Of a stretch of 64,000 bases of DNA, positions 61,721 through 64,000 are shown one piece after another. The notes beneath the pieces were generated by a model. It did not search any database. It worked only from the letters and a program-made list of their open reading frames with translations, and was not told the origin of the DNA. Made by a program: the position numbers and the translations under genes. The DNA is from Gracilinanus agilis (lineage: Eukaryota). Each line of letters starts with the position of its first letter. Position 1 is the stretch's first letter. The DNA lies in contig NC_058130.1 in assembly GCF_016433145.1 (NCBI RefSeq), positions 646,752,096-646,816,095 on the forward strand, given 5' to 3'.

Positions 61721-62419
61721 TCCCCATCATTCGCTTCCTTTGAATGGAATTTCATTAGTAGTAAAATCATTTCTTTATGTTTTCTATCTAAGCCAAACTA
61801 CTTTTAAAATAGATTTTGTCCTTTGTTCTTCATCTTTAGAGCATTTAAGATATATTTTGAATTGAATAGAACAAATTAAAAAGGTATTTTTTTCTCTGAT
61901 GGATGCTGAGAAACAAAATTGGAGAGAGCTGGCAGAGTTAAGGTAAATGTAATTTTAGATGAAAGTTTATCTGTTCTTAAAGCAATGCATCTATTTCTAC
62001 TTTAGACAGAGAATAAAAATGAAAGTTGTGGTAACCCAACTCTGTCACTTACTATCTGTGCGACCTCAGACAAATAATCTCTTGTGCCTCAGTTTCCTAA
62101 AACTAAGTAAAACACCTTTAAAATGATGTTTTCCAGCTGTAAATCTCAGGTCCTGTGATTCTGTAATCTAATTAACATGGATTTAGCAAGTTATTAAAAG
62201 AATACATATTTTGGCTAAAAAGTTTAACTAACAAAACTCACAATAGCATAAAACCGTCTGAAGGAAAAATAGTTATCTTAATGTGGTCTTTGTGGAAAAT
62301 GGGAAGAGTAAGGAGTGACAGGTTTTCCTTTTGACAGAGGAATTGCTAAAGAAAAAGTTCAGTGATAATCAGATAAACAGAGTAAGTGCCACCTGTTAGG
62401 GAAGGTTGGAAAGCAAGGT

Positions 62420-63016
62420 GAGGCACAGGAATAAAATGAATGAAGCCTACTTTTAAAAGCTGTACATATTCAAATCTACTGGATTTGATGACCTGTATCC
62501 TTAGGAACATGGTGCCTGATATTGCAGAGCCACAATTTAATTTTTTGAGAACTCATGGAGGACAAAAAAGTCACTGATTATTGGAAAAGGACGAATGTAG
62601 TGTCCATCTTAAAAAAAAGTAAAAAAGACGACCCTGGTAATTATAGACAAGTCAGCTTAACTTCGATACCAGGCAAGATACCACAACAAATCATCAAACA
62701 ATCAATTTGCAATCATCTAGAAGAGCGGAAGGTACTGGGTTGCAACCAACATGGCTTTGTGAAGAACAAATTGTGCCAGACCAATTTAATTTCCTTCTAT
62801 GATAGAGTGACAGGCCATGTAGATAAAGGGGAAGCAATAGATGTAATCTTTGTGGACTTCAGTAAGGCTTTTGATTCTTCCCCACATGGCATTCTCATCA
62901 ACAAACCAGGAAGATATGGTCTAGACCCAATGACCATTAGGTGGGTACAGAGCTGGATGAAGATTCATGCCCCAAAGTTGGCTGTAAAGTTACTTGCTAT
63001 CCATCACCCCGGATGA
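62420..63016 (+). mobile_element. CR1/L3-clade LINE fragment, reverse transcriptase region, with an open 153-codon frame (62555-63016)
   Basis: Translation has CR1 RT motifs W-R-NV, DPGNYR-VSLTSIPGKI, QHGFVKNK-CQTNLISFYDRVT, DFSKAFD and TIRWV. The upstream ~130 bp is homologous but has deletions. Confidence 0.93.
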
Positions 63017-63174
63017 AAGAAGGGTAGGAGGGAGATGATATCATATGTACCTAGTATAAAGTTGGTATTATTTTAAAAATATACTATTCCTACAGAAGAG
63101 AAAACATGATATAAGAGCACCTGGGTAAATTACTTCTGTGGTGAGGAAAGCATTTCTTTTTCCCTAGCAGAGAC

Positions 63175-63420
63175 AACTATGGCATAGGTGGATAGAGTGC
63201 TGGTTCTGGAGTCAGAAAGACTTGAGTTCAATTTGACATCAGATACTTACTTACTAGCTCTCTGACCATGGACAAGGCATTTAACCTCTGCTACAATTTC
63301 CTTAATTAGAAATTGAGAATAAAAATAAAATCTGCCTCCAAGGGGTTGTTGTGAGGATCAAATGAGATATTATCTAGCACAGTGCCTGGCACATCGTAGG
63401 CACTATATAAATACTTATTG
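63175..63420 (+). mobile_element. MIR-family SINE
   Basis: gtggatagagtgctggttctggagtcagaaagacttgagttcaa...gttgtgaggatcaaatgagat. Confidence 0.85.
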
Positions 63421-64000
63421 CCTCCTCCTTCTTCCATTCTGCTGAGGAAAATAGACTGTAATCCTCATACTTAAAGATCAGAGGTATATTTAAGGACATT
63501 TTATGCAGCCATTTAATTTTATAGGTTAAGGAACTGGAACTAAGAGGCAAAATGATTTGTCCAAGTTTACTCAGCTAGTGGCAGAGACACAATTTGAGCA
63601 CACATCCTCTTCTTCCAAATCTAGCATTCTTTGTACCCCACCAAGCTGTCTCCATGCTGCTAGACACACAAGTCTTTGTGTATACAGGCAAGGCAAAGCA
63701 GGTCAAATGAGTGTCTGGAAAGGCTTTGCTGATATAGTTTTTATTAATCCTCTCTTCATATTCTCCCTTTCCCCCATCCTACTTCCTTTGGAAGTAGGCA
63801 ACTTCCTTGTTAGTCATGAGGGTTAGTGCCATGACTGTGAGAAAAGCAAAAAACCAAGAACAACTTTTTTCCCCCATTAATCAAGATGTCATATACAAAA
63901 GAAGGAAACAAGCACCTATGGTGTGCCAGGACTGTACTGAGCCCTTTACAAATATTTTTTCATTTGATCCCCAGAACAATTCTGAGTGGTAGGTGTTATT

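Noticed and set aside
1-64000. tRNA, snRNA, rRNA genes or NUMTs
   Set aside because: None were recognised. The tRNA-like A/B boxes all belong to SINE heads.

Overview
AT-rich, CpG-poor vertebrate genomic DNA with six short N gaps. The repeats point to a didelphid marsupial (opossum lineage): SINE1_Mdo-type SINEs, MAR1 SINEs with RTE-like tails, MIR/Mar3-type SINEs, L2, L3/CR1, marsupial L1 and hAT/Charlie MITEs. No host protein-coding gene can be assigned with confidence; the window looks like a long intron or intergenic DNA, with a few repeat-free, CpG-retaining blocks carrying splice-like or promoter-like signals. Main highlights: (1) a 5'-complete ~4.0 kb L1 whose ORF2 lost about 1000 codons in-frame, leaving an intact 278-aa N-terminus/C-terminus fusion (HAL1-like non-autonomous candidate); (2) a hAT MITE nested in that L1's ORF1, and a second MITE with perfect 16-bp TIRs; (3) an unusually intact CR1 reverse-transcriptase frame near 62.6-63.0 kb; (4) two ~95-100 bp local duplications, one flanking a SINE like a very long TSD. 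Family names come from recalled consensus motifs, not a database search, and boundaries of old repeats are approximate (tens of bp).
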